This document shows positions 1-10,164 of a stretch of DNA of 64,000 bases, piece by piece (position 1 is the stretch's first letter; the number at the start of each line of letters is the position of its first letter). Source of the stretch: Candidatus Eiseniibacteriota bacterium (GTDB lineage Bacteria > Eisenbacteria > RBG-16-71-46); assembly GCA_031364845.1 (NCBI GenBank), contig JANLWX010000231.1:23531-87530 (forward strand), given 5' to 3'. Under the pieces are notes generated by a model, which was not told the origin of the DNA, ran no database searches, and saw only the letters and a program-made list of their open reading frames with translations. The translations under genes were made by a program, and so were the position numbers.

Positions 1-694
1 ACGTCCCATCGTATCCGCCGAACACCACCATGCGGTCCCGCAGCGGGTCGTAGACCGCCGTGTGCAGATAGCGCCCCGGCGGCGGACTTCCCGATGGAGT
101 CAATTCGCTCCAGGAAGGAGTTCCGGAAAACGAGAGCGCCCACACGTCATTGCGATAGATATCGTCGAGTCCACCGAACACGACCATCCGGTCGCGCACC
201 GGGTCGTAGATCGCCGTATGCCCTGCGCGCGCAGGTGGTGGACTTCCCGACGGAACGATGGCGGTCCATGCCGGGCTCTCGGTCAGTGTGAATGCCCATG
301 CTTCATTGCGCGCCCCATCATCTCCACTGAATCCGCCGAACACCACCATACGATCGCGCAGTGGGTCGTAGATCGCGCTCGACGCATATGCCTGTGGGAG
401 CAGGGGAGCCCAGATACCGTCTGAACCTTCGGCAGCCATGTTCTGCGGTGAGAGCGGATGAGCAATGCGGTACGGTCCGCGGTCGGAGTCATCGCGCGTC
501 AGTGAGAGCATGACTTCGCGTTGCCATGGCGTGAGCGCCGGGTCCGCGGCCCCCAACTCCAAAGCGCCGCGTTGCTCGAGGGTGAGCGGGGGCAGTTCGG
601 TCGACGGTGCTTTGTGCTCCCCGGCGAGGACGACTTGCACGGACATCATCGCCATGGAGAGAAACCAGAGTGCCTTCGTGAAGCTTCGGGTCAT
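1..694 (-). CDS. Kelch/galactose-oxidase-type beta-propeller repeat protein with N-terminal signal peptide (gene continues past window start)
   Basis: Minus-strand frame with no stop inside the window, so it is absent from the ORF track. Manual translation from the ATG at 692-694 (GGGAGG RBS just upstream) gives MTRSFTKALWFLSMAMMSVQVVLA... followed by at least 3 tandem blades of the form AIYDPxRDRMVVFGG...G(S/T)PPP(A/G)R. Confidence 0.6.
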   Translation of the reverse strand, partial: MTRSFTKALWFLSMAMMSVQVVLAGEHKAPSTELPPLTLEQRGALELGAADPALTPWQREVMLSLTRDDSDRGPYRIAHPLSPQNMAAEGSDGIWAPLLPQAYASSAIYDPLRDRMVVFGGFSGDDGARNEAWAFTLTESPAWTAIVPSGSPPPARAGHTAIYDPVRDRMVVFGGLDDIYRNDVWALSFSGTPSWSELTPSGSPPPGRYLHTAVYDPLRDRMVVFGGYDGT

Positions 695-910
695 GGTAGC
701 AGCCTCCCGTTCAGAACGGTGGCTCCACCCGCACCGTATGTCCGGCCAGAGCGCTCGCATCATACCTGCTGCGGTCCTGAATGCCGGAGGCATGTTACCG
801 CGCGACCACTTCGGAGGCCTCACCACTCCTTCGTCAAACAGAACGGCCCCAACCGGGGTCAACCGATTGGGGCAGCGTGTAGATGACTGCGGCGAAATTG
901 CTTCAGTGCT

Positions 911-987
911 TGGTGCGCCCGACAGGAATCGAACCTGTAACCTTTAGCTCCGGAGGCTAACGCTCTATCCAATTGAGCTACGGGCGC
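911..987 (-). tRNA. tRNA-Arg (anticodon CCG)
   Basis: Reverse complement reads GCGCCCG-TA-GCTC-AATTGGATA-GAGC-G-TTAGC-CTCCGGA-GCTAA-AGGTT-ACAGG-TTCGATT-CCTGT-CGGGCGC-A-CCA. The cloverleaf is complete, with 7-bp acceptor stem, TTCGATT T-loop and encoded CCA. Confidence 0.9.
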
Positions 988-1069
988 ACGTGCGCGATTT
1001 GTAGCACATGCGTCGGGTGCCGTCACACCGCGCGGCCGGGCATCGAAGTGCCGCGGACCCCGCAGGAAC

Positions 1070-2263
1070 TCACCCCTTCCCCAGCACCCTCAGCACCTCG
1101 TTCACGTCCTTGTCGCCGCGCCCCGAGAGATTCACGATCACGGTCGCGTCCTTCCCGAGCGCCATGCCGTCGCGCAGCACCCACGCCACGGCGTGCGAGC
1201 TTTCGAGCGCGGGCAGGATGCCCTCGAGATGCGCGACCGCTTGAAACGCGGCGAGCGCTTCCTCGTCGGTCGCCGACGAGTACTCCGCCATCCCCGCGTC
1301 GGCGAGCCACGCGTGTTCGGGACCGAGCGCCGGATAGTCGAGCCCGGCCGAGACCGAGTGCGTCTCGCGGATCATGCCGCGGTCGTCCTGCAGCACCAGC
1401 GTGCGCGTGCCGTGCAGCACGCCGACCGAATGCTCGGGCAGCCGCGCGGCGTGGCGTCCGCTTTGAAGCCCCTCGCCCGCGGCTTCGACGCCGACCTTGC
1501 GCACGTCGCGATCGCCGAGGAACGCGTGGAACAGTCCGATCGCGTTGCTGCCGCCGCCGACGCACGCGACCAGCACGTTCGGTCGTCCGCCGACCTGGGC
1601 TTCGAACTGCGCGCGCGCTTCAATGCCGATCACGCGATGAAAGTCGCGCACGATCATCGGGAACGGATGCGGTCCCAACACCGAGCCCAGCACGTAGTGC
1701 GTGTCCGAAACCCGCGTCACCCAGTCGCGCAGGGCTTCGTTGATCGCGTCCTTCAGCGTGCGGCTGCCGGCGTCGACTTCGCACACTTCGGCGCCGAGCA
1801 GTTTCATGCGCTCGACGTTCAGATGCTGGCGGCGCGCATCCTCGGATCCCATGTAGATCGTGCACTGCAGCCCAAATCGGGCAGCGGCGGCGGCGGTCGC
1901 CACGCCGTGCTGGCCGGCGCCGGTCTCGGCAATCACGCGCGGCTTGCCCATGCGCTTGGTCAGCAGGCACTGGCCGATCGTGTTGTTGATCTTGTGCGCT
2001 CCGGTGTGCAGCAGGTCCTCGCGCTTCAGGAACACGCGGCATCCGGCGGCCTCGGAAAGCCGCAACGCCGCGATCAGCGGCGTCGGGCGTCCGGCGAAGT
2101 CGCGCAGCGTCTCGAACAGCTCGCGCTCGAAGCCGGGATCGGATCGCGCGCGGCGATACTCGTCTTCGAGCTGATCGAGCGCGTGGATCAGCGTCTCGGG
2201 AACGAAGCGCCCGCCGTAGGGTCCGAAGTGCCCGGTGGCGTCGGGGCTCTGGATGTCACTCAT
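1070..2263 (-). CDS. trpB: tryptophan synthase beta subunit
   Basis: Track ORF 1070..2347. I chose the internal ATG at 2261-2263 ([23 protein letters not shown]..., AGGAGA RBS), since upstream of it is an Arg-rich extension. Motifs HTGAHKINN and GGGSNAIG are typical of TrpB. Confidence 0.9.
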   Translation of the reverse strand: MSDIQSPDATGHFGPYGGRFVPETLIHALDQLEDEYRRARSDPGFERELFETLRDFAGRPTPLIAALRLSEAAGCRVFLKREDLLHTGAHKINNTIGQCLLTKRMGKPRVIAETGAGQHGVATAAAAARFGLQCTIYMGSEDARRQHLNVERMKLLGAEVCEVDAGSRTLKDAINEALRDWVTRVSDTHYVLGSVLGPHPFPMIVRDFHRVIGIEARAQFEAQVGGRPNVLVACVGGGSNAIGLFHAFLGDRDVRKVGVEAAGEGLQSGRHAARLPEHSVGVLHGTRTLVLQDDRGMIRETHSVSAGLDYPALGPEHAWLADAGMAEYSSATDEEALAAFQAVAHLEGILPALESSHAVAWVLRDGMALGKDATVIVNLSGRGDKDVNEVLRVLGKG

Positions 2264-2306
2264 GTATTCTCCTGTTCGGCCTTGATGTCGCCAACGTGCG
2301 CGTTCT

Positions 2307-2945
2307 TCATTCGTCGCCCGCTTCCGCGTCCGCCGCTCGGGCGGCATCGATAAACGCCCTCACGCGTCCGGGATCTTTGATCCCCGGCGCCGACTCGAGC
2401 CTCGACGATGCATCGACTCCGAACGGTCGCACTGCGGCGATCGCATCGGCGACGTTGTCCGGGCCGAGACCGCCGGCGATCATTACCTCTCGCGACGCCG
2501 CGACGACGCGCGCGGTGTCCCACGGAAACGCAACACCCGTACCCCCGGCCTGAACCGGATGCGCGGTATCGAGCAGCACGAGATGCTCCGCCGCAGGCAA
2601 AGGTGCCGCGAGCGATCCGTCGGCCTCCACACCGATCGCGAACGCGACCGGAATCGGAAACGAGATTGGCCACGTGAGCGGGTCGACGCGATGGAGCTGC
2701 AGTCGCGCGACTCCCGCCGCGCGCGCCAGTTCGAGCGCCTGCGCGGGTGCCGGTGCAACCATCACGCCCACCGTCACCGCGCCATCGAGGGCGGTCGAGA
2801 TGTCGCGGGCGGTTTCGATAGTGATCCGCCGCGGGCTCTCGCCGAGCAGGATCATCCCGAGCCAGTCAGCGCCCGAGGCGTGCGCCCAGCGCGCGTCCTC
2901 GAGCCGCGTGAGCCCGCAGATCTTGACGATCGTGCGCCGTGCCAC
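2307..2945 (-). CDS. trpF: phosphoribosylanthranilate isomerase
   Basis: Track ORF 212 aa beginning [18 protein letters not shown]... with a typical TrpF N-terminus (KICG). It sits between trpC and trpB as a separate gene, not fused to trpC. Confidence 0.85.
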   Translation of the reverse strand: MARRTIVKICGLTRLEDARWAHASGADWLGMILLGESPRRITIETARDISTALDGAVTVGVMVAPAPAQALELARAAGVARLQLHRVDPLTWPISFPIPVAFAIGVEADGSLAAPLPAAEHLVLLDTAHPVQAGGTGVAFPWDTARVVAASREVMIAGGLGPDNVADAIAAVRPFGVDASSRLESAPGIKDPGRVRAFIDAARAADAEAGDE

Positions 2946-2948
2946 ACG

Positions 2949-3758
2949 CTATCCACTCGCAGCGGCGGACAGAGTCGCGAGCGTCGCCGCGGGATCGGCG
3001 CTGGTCATGAACACCTCGCCCATCAGTACCGCGTCGCAACGCGTCGCGCGCAGGCGCGCGAGATCTTCGGGGCGCGAGAGCCCGCTCTCGGCCACGGCCG
3101 TCACGTGCGAGGGAATCCGCGGCATCAGCTTGATCGAGGTGTTGAGATCCACTTCGAACGAGTGCAGGTCGCGGTTGTTGATGCCGACCAGCGTGGCGCC
3201 GGCCTTGAGCGCGCGCGCCAGTTCGTTCTGATCGTGCACTTCGACCAGCGCGTCGAGGCCGAGGATCTTCGACTCCGTGACGAACCGCTGGATCTGCGTC
3301 GCCGACAACAAGGCCGCGAGCAGCAGCACTCCATCCGCGCCGCGCGAAGCGGCGTCGAGCAGTTGGTAGGAGTCGACGACAAAGTCCTTCATGAGGATCG
3401 GGATCGTAACGTGCGGTCGCACCGCGTCGACCCATTCGGGCTCGCCCATGAAGTGATCGGGCTCGGTGACCAGCGACACCGCCGCCGCTCCCCCGCGCTC
3501 GTAGATCTGCGCCATCGTGGTGGGATCGGCGTCCGCGCGCAGTTCGCCGAGCGACGGTGACGCGCGCTTCACTTCGCACAGCAACCGCAACGGGCGCTCG
3601 GCGCCCCCGCGGCGCAGCGCGTATTCGAGGCGACCGGCAGGGCGCACGTTGATGCGCTCGCGCAACACATGACCCGGAACCTCAAGCTTCATCTTTTCGA
3701 CGCGCCGGCGCCGGTCGGCGGTGATGCGCACCAGAAAGTCGATGCCCGCCGGGCTCAT
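2949..3758 (-). CDS. trpC: indole-3-glycerol phosphate synthase
   Basis: Track ORF 2949..3908. I chose the internal ATG (MSPAGIDFLVRITADRRRRVE...) because the upstream 50 aa are Arg/Ser-rich junk. Conserved core includes EVKRASPS and NNRDL...F.VDL. Confidence 0.85.
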   Translation of the reverse strand: MSPAGIDFLVRITADRRRRVEKMKLEVPGHVLRERINVRPAGRLEYALRRGGAERPLRLLCEVKRASPSLGELRADADPTTMAQIYERGGAAAVSLVTEPDHFMGEPEWVDAVRPHVTIPILMKDFVVDSYQLLDAASRGADGVLLLAALLSATQIQRFVTESKILGLDALVEVHDQNELARALKAGATLVGINNRDLHSFEVDLNTSIKLMPRIPSHVTAVAESGLSRPEDLARLRATRCDAVLMGEVFMTSADPAATLATLSAAASG

Positions 3759-3795
3759 GTCAAAAGCTCCCGGTCCGCAGCGCGGGCGTGGGTGG

Positions 3796-4799
3796 TCATC
3801 CCCGGAACGCCGTGAGTTCGGTGAGCTTCGCCTGTGCCGCTCCGCGGTCGATCGCCTGCTGCGCGCGTTCGATGCCCTCGGGGAGATCGTTCGCGAGGCC
3901 CGAGACAATCAGCGCGGCGGCGGTGTTGAGCACCACGATGTCACGCGCCGGGCCCTTGTCGCCCGCGAAGATCGCGCGGATCTTCGCCGCATTCGCGGCC
4001 GGGTCGGCACCCGAAATGCCTTCGCGGTCGGCGGCACCGAAGCCGAGCGTCGAGGGATCGACCTCGAATTCGCGGATCTCCTGCCCCTTCAGCTCGGCGA
4101 CGTGGGTCTTGCCGAACACCGTCAATTCGTCGAGGCCGTCACGGCCGTGCACGACCCACGCGTGCTCACTGCCCAGTTCGCGCAGAACTTCCGCCACCGG
4201 ACGCACGAGTTTGTCCGAGTAGACGCCGAGCAACTGGCGCTTGGCGCCGGCGGGATTGGAGAGCGGGCCCAGGATATTGAAGAACGTGCGCACGCCGATC
4301 TCGCGGCGCGGCGCCGAGGCGTGACGGAGTGCGGCGTGGTAGTTGGGCGCGAACAGGAACGTGATGCCGAGGATGTCGAGCGAGCGCGCGGCACTCTCGG
4401 GCGTGAGGTCGATGCGGACGCCGAGCGATTCGAGCACGTCGGCGCTGCCGGTGCGGCTCGTCATCGCGCGGTTGCCGTGCTTGGCGACCGCCACGCCGCA
4501 CGAGGCGGCCACGATCGCGGCACTGGTCGAGATGTTGAACGTGCCCGCGGAATCGCCTCCGGTGCCGCAGGTGTCGAGCAGCGGCGAGCGTCGCGTGCGG
4601 ATCGGCGACACGCGCAGGCGCAGCGCGTCGGCCATGCCCGCGAGCTCCTGGGGCGTCTCGCCCTTCATGCGCAGCGCGGTCGCGAGCGCGCCGATCTGCG
4701 CCGGTGTGGCTTCGCCCGCGAGGATCTGCTCCATCGTGGCGCGCGCGAGATCGCGGGTCAGTTCTTCGTTCACCACCGCGCGTGCGATCGCCGTCTGGA

Positions 4800-4803
<4 letters not shown>
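3796..4803 (-). CDS. trpD: anthranilate phosphoribosyltransferase
   Basis: Track ORF 3796..4830. The ATG at 4801-4803 overlaps the trpG stop as ATGA. Motifs CGTGGDS and AKHGNRA are typical of TrpD. Confidence 0.9.
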
Positions 4804-5386
<583 letters not shown>

Positions 5387-5390
<4 letters not shown>

Positions 5391-6874
5391 CCGTTCCCCC
5401 GGTCACTCGATTCGGTGCCGCGCTCCGCGCGTTGCACCGCGAGCCACAGCGCGCGGCCCTTGTTCATGGTCTCGTCCCATTCGTGCTCGGGTTCCGAGTC
5501 GGCCACGATGCCGGCGCCGACGCCCCAGTGAGCGTGCCCGTCGGCGTACACCAGCGTTCGGATGGCGATGCACAGGTCGAGATTGCCATGATAGTCGAAG
5601 TGCCCGACCGCACCCGCATACACGCCGCGGCGCACCGGCTCGAGCGCATCGATGATTTCCATCGCGCGCACGCGCGGCGCGCCCGAGACGGTTCCGGCGG
5701 GAAAGCACGCACGCACGACGTCGAGCGGTGTGAGGCCCGCTTTCGCGCGGCCGCGCACGTTGGACACCAGATGCATCACCTGCGAATAGCGCTCGACGGT
5801 CATGTACTCGTTGGTTTCGACGGTGCCGTACTCGGCGACGCGGCCGATGTCGTTGCGTCCGAGATCGACCAGCATCACGTGCTCGGCGCGCTCTTTCTCA
5901 CTCGCGAGCAGTTCTTCTTCGAGGCGGCGGTCCTCATCGGGCGTCCGCCCGCGCGGGCGCGTTCCGGCGATTGGCCGCACTTCGACGACACTGTCGGTGC
6001 GCCGCACCAGCACTTCGGGCGAGGATCCGACCAGCGAGAAACCGTCGAGGCGCAGGAAGTACATGTAAGGCGACGGGTTCGTGACGCGCAGCGCGCGGTA
6101 GGCTTCGAATGCGGGATGCGTGACGCGGGCACTCATGCGATGGCTGAGGACGACCTGGAAGATGTCGCCGGCGCGGATGTGCTCCTTCGCCTGTTCGACC
6201 GCTTCGAGGAACTGCTCGCGGCTCGCCGAGGATTCGGGCTCGGCCGTGTCGCCTCCGCCCGGAGGTTCGGCCCACGCGAGCGGCGCGCGCAGGCGCGCGA
6301 CTTCGGCATCGAGCCGCGTGACGGCCGCGTCGTAGGCGGCGTCGGCGTCGGTTCCCATGCGGGCGTGGGTCACGACCTTGAGCGTGTGGGTCAGGTTGTC
6401 GAACACGCTGACCACATCGCCGAACACGAACACGGCATCCGGGAATTCGAGGTCGCGCTTCGCGCGCTCGGGAAGCTTCTCGATCCAGCGCACCGCGTCG
6501 TATCCGAAGAATCCGACCGCGCCGCCGCAGAAGCGCGGCAGGCCCGGGAGTGCGACCGCCTGGTGTTCGTCGAGCAGTGCCGCAAGTTCTTCGAGCGGCG
6601 GGCGCTTGCCCTTGGTGGTCTTGCCGTCGCGGTGGATCTCGCTCGTGTCGCCGCGCGCGGTGAACACGAGCGACGGGCGGCTGCCGAGCAGTGAATAGCG
6701 GCCCCATTTCTCGCCGCCTTCGACGCTCTCCAACAAGAAAGCAAAGCCGCCATCGTCGATCTTGCGGAACGCGGAGACCGGAGTGTCGTGATCGGCGAAC
6801 ACTTCGCGGTAGACCGGGACCAGCTTGCCGCCGCGGGCAAGAACCTTGAATTCGGATCGCGACGGAATGATCAC
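5387..6874 (-). CDS. trpE: anthranilate synthase component I
   Basis: Track ORF 495 aa with chorismate-binding domain motifs (LLES, IFQVVLS, GAVGY). The start overlaps the recN stop by 4 bp. Confidence 0.9.
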
Positions 6875-8556
6875 GCGCGGCCTCCGACCAGTAGTTCCTT
6901 CGCCTGGCGGCGTGTGGTCTCGGTGGTCCTGCTCCCCGCGAGCATGCGTGCGATCTCCTCGATGCGATCGTCGCCTTCGAGCGGCTCGATGCGCGCGACG
7001 GTGCGCTTTAGGGACACGTGCTTGACCACGCGCAGGTGATGCGCGGCGAACGCCGCGATGATCGGAAGGTGGGTCACGCAGAGGATCTGGCGATGTCGCG
7101 ACAGGCCGACGAGCCGTTCGCCGACCGCCTGTGCAACGGTGCCGCCGATCCCGGAATCTACTTCATCGAAAATCAGAACGTCAACGCGATCTTGGGTTTG
7201 CAGCGCTGACTTGAGGGCCAGCATGACCCGCGAAATCTCGCCTCCCGAGGCGATCCGCCGCAGGGGTTTCGCGGGTTCCCCGCGGTTCGCGGTGAACTGG
7301 ATCTCCACACGGTCGAGCCCGTTCGCGAGGAACTCGGGGTCAGGGCCGGTGCCGCCCGCCACTTCGAACGCGAGTGCGGCGTGCTGGAATCCCAGCGGCT
7401 GCAGCTCACGCGTGAGCCGAGCGCTCCACTCCCGCGCCGCCGCCGCCCGCGCGCGCGACAACGCGCGGCCCGCGGTGAGGCACGCGGAACGCGCGCGCTC
7501 GTCTTCGGCACGCGCGGCGAGCAACGCTGCGTCCCCGCCGTCGCCGAGCGCCAGTCGTGCCGCGAGCTCCGCGTGCCACGTGATCAGCTCGTCGATGCTG
7601 CGCCGGTATTTCCGCGAAAGCCGCGCGATCTGCTCACGCCGCGACTCGATCGTTTCGAGCGTGGCCGGATCGACATCGAGGCGCTCGAGATAGTCGGACA
7701 ACGCGCGCACCGTCTCGCCGGTCGCGATGCGCGCCTCGTCGAGCGGCCCGACGATGCTCACGAGCCCCGGATCGATCGCCGCCGCCTGATCGAGTGCGTG
7801 TGCGGCGGCATCGAGCGCGTGCGTCGCCGCGTCGTCGTCTTCGGACAGTCGCGCGAGCGCATGCGACGCGCGCTCGCGCAACCGGTCGGCATGCGCGAGC
7901 CGCGCGGCCTCTTCACGCAAACGCACGTCCTCACCCGGCGCGAGCTGCGCCGCATCGATCTCGCGCGCCGCCTCCTCCATCTCGCCGCGCTCGTCTTCGT
8001 AGGTTCGCATCGACGTTTCGAGCTGTTCGAGCTCGGCGCGTGCGCGACGGTGCTCGGCGAGGGCGGCCACGTAGCGATCGCGCGCCTCGCCGAGACCCGC
8101 GAGGCGGTCGAGCGTCTCGATACCGGCGTCGGGACGCAGCAGGCTCTGGTGCTCGTGCTGGCCGTGGAGATCGGCGAGGCGCTCGCCGAGCTGCTTCAAG
8201 GCGCCGAGCGTGACCGGCGACTGGTTGACGATCGCGCGGCTCTTGCCGGTGGCGGCGATCTCGCGGCGCACGATTACGGTCTCGCCGTCGAACTCGATGC
8301 CCCACGCTTCGAGCAGTGCCGCGATCTCACGCGCGACGTCGGACGCCACGCGGAATTCGCCTTCGACGGTCGCGGTGCGGGCTCCATCGCGCACGAACTC
8401 GGCGTCCGCGCGTTCTCCGATGAGGAGATCCACCGCCTGGACGAGCAGCGATTTGCCCGAGCCGGTCTCCCCCGTGATCACGTTGAGTCCGGCCCCGAAC
8501 ACGATCTCGGCGCGGTCGATGAGCGCGAGATCCCGAAGCGTCAGACGCTCGAGCAT
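6871..8556 (-). CDS. recN: DNA repair protein RecN
   Basis: Track ORF 561 aa with a Walker A (GETGSGKS) at the N-terminus, a long coiled-coil middle, and C-terminal DEVDSGIGG signature. Confidence 0.9.
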   Translation of the reverse strand: MLERLTLRDLALIDRAEIVFGAGLNVITGETGSGKSLLVQAVDLLIGERADAEFVRDGARTATVEGEFRVASDVAREIAALLEAWGIEFDGETVIVRREIAATGKSRAIVNQSPVTLGALKQLGERLADLHGQHEHQSLLRPDAGIETLDRLAGLGEARDRYVAALAEHRRARAELEQLETSMRTYEDERGEMEEAAREIDAAQLAPGEDVRLREEAARLAHADRLRERASHALARLSEDDDAATHALDAAAHALDQAAAIDPGLVSIVGPLDEARIATGETVRALSDYLERLDVDPATLETIESRREQIARLSRKYRRSIDELITWHAELAARLALGDGGDAALLAARAEDERARSACLTAGRALSRARAAAAREWSARLTRELQPLGFQHAALAFEVAGGTGPDPEFLANGLDRVEIQFTANRGEPAKPLRRIASGGEISRVMLALKSALQTQDRVDVLIFDEVDSGIGGTVAQAVGERLVGLSRHRQILCVTHLPIIAAFAAHHLRVVKHVSLKRTVARIEPLEGDDRIEEIARMLAGSRTTETTRRQAKELLVGGRA

Positions 8557-8644
8557 GAAAACTCCAACCCGGGGGCGAGGATCAGGAAATGCATCGGGTG
8601 AGTCTAGCGACTCGACTGTTCGGCGGCCAACATGGGCGCGGGCG

Positions 8645-9243
8645 TCAGGGAAGCTCGCGAATCCGGTGCAGCGGAAGGATGACCTGAGTCGCGCGCCCGA
8701 GCACGCGATCGCGCGGCGTTAGCTCGGCGAGCGTGTCGCCGGAGGCGCGGCCGAGCCGTCCCGTGACAAGGACGCGGTCGCCGATCGCGATCGTCTCTCC
8801 CGCCCGGGCGGCCGAGACCGTCGCGGAGTCGAGTTGAACGAAGACCTCAGGACGCGCCACGCCCGGACCGACCACGAACACCTGTTGGAGATCCGTGGCT
8901 CCATCACCGCGCGCAACCCACACGATCTGGCCGGGTTCGAGCGAAGCCACATCGCGGCGCACGACCACCACGTCGTCATGGCGGAGCGGTGCCGCATCGG
9001 ACGCGCGCGCTTCGACCAGCGCGTAGGGAGTTCCGGCGAGCACGAAGTGGGCGGCGAACACCAGCACGCCGCCCCAGTGATAGAAGAATACGACCAGCCC
9101 GACCAGCGTCCAGAACACGGTGCTGCCCGGAACTCCGATGTCGGGTTCGATCGGGTCGGGGGTCGGTTGCACGCCGGGCTCGAGCGGCTCACCGGACCCG
9201 GGCTTCGAAACGCCTTCGGGCTGCGCGGCCGCTCTGCGGCGCA
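8645..9243 (-). CDS. hypothetical membrane-anchored protein (one TM helix plus beta-rich C-domain, possibly NfeD-like OB fold)
   Basis: Track ORF 8645..9988. Only the 3' third looks like real coding sequence. I chose the ATG at 9241-9243 (MRRRAAAQPEG...TVFWTLVGLVVFFYHWGGVLVFAAHFVLA...). It lies between nadK and recN on the same strand. Confidence 0.4.
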
Positions 9244-9285
9244 TGCGCCGTTCGGTCCACGATCCGCGCTCGATGATTCGCAAGG

Positions 9286-10164
9286 CTACATACTCCGCTT
9301 CTTGCTCCCCTGCCAGCCGAGCTTCTTCTGCAGCGACCGCGCGAACGGCCGGTCGGGATTCTGATACATGAGCACTGACGTGCGGTCGAGATGGATGCGC
9401 ACGTCGTCGCCGACCGCGAGGTCGACGATCTCCTGGCCGTCGAACAGCAGCACGGTGCGATCGAAGGATCCGAGCACCTTCACGTCGAGTTCCGCCCCCG
9501 GTCCCAGCACCAGCGGACGATTGCCGATCGAGTGCGCACACACCGGAGTCACCACCATCGCATCGACGTCGGGTGCGAGCACCGGTCCCCCGGCCGACAG
9601 TGAGTACGCAGTCGAGCCCGCCGCGGTCGCCGCGATCAATCCGTCGGCGACCAGATGTCCGAGGTCGCTGCCGAGAGCCGCGAGTCTCAGATGGACGGCG
9701 GCATAACCGCCCGCGCCCTTGATCACCGCGTCGTTCATCGCCACTCCGCGCGCGACCGTGCGGCCGCGCCGGCGCACGAGTGCGCTCACCATTCGGCGCG
9801 GCACCACGGGCCACGTGCGGTCGAGCGCGTGTTTGAGGGCGGCGGCGATCTCTCGGTTCTCGGCGACGGTGAGAAAGCCGAGGCCGCCGAGGTTGATCGG
9901 CAGCAGTGCGGCCTTGGTCCCGGCGATCGCGCGTCCACCGACGAGCACCGTGCCGTCGCCGCCGAGCGTCACCAGGATCTCGCACCACTCGGCGAGTTCC
10001 TTGAGCGGGAGGCCGTCTTCGCCCATTTCACCGGCGAGGCGGGCATCCGCGCGGACCTCGATCTTGCGCCGCGTGAGCATGGAGCGCAGCCGCTGGGCCG
10101 CGAGCCGGATCCCCGGCCTCGAAGTGTGACCGAGAATCCCGACGCGCCGGATGCGCGCGCTCAT
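9286..10164 (-). CDS. nadK: NAD(+) kinase
   Basis: Track ORF 9286..10335. I chose the ATG at 10162-10164 (MSARIRRVGILGH...), which overlaps the dxs stop as ATGA. Motifs GGDGT and NxGxLGFL are present. Confidence 0.85.
   Translation of the reverse strand: MSARIRRVGILGHTSRPGIRLAAQRLRSMLTRRKIEVRADARLAGEMGEDGLPLKELAEWCEILVTLGGDGTVLVGGRAIAGTKAALLPINLGGLGFLTVAENREIAAALKHALDRTWPVVPRRMVSALVRRRGRTVARGVAMNDAVIKGAGGYAAVHLRLAALGSDLGHLVADGLIAATAAGSTAYSLSAGGPVLAPDVDAMVVTPVCAHSIGNRPLVLGPGAELDVKVLGSFDRTVLLFDGQEIVDLAVGDDVRIHLDRTSVLMYQNPDRPFARSLQKKLGWQGSKKRSM

Noticed and set aside
973-2353. ORFs 973..1743 +, 1023..1565 -, 1193..2353 + across the tRNA-Arg / trpB region
   Set aside because: Arg-rich artefacts. 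They overlap a tRNA and the clearly conserved trpB frame.
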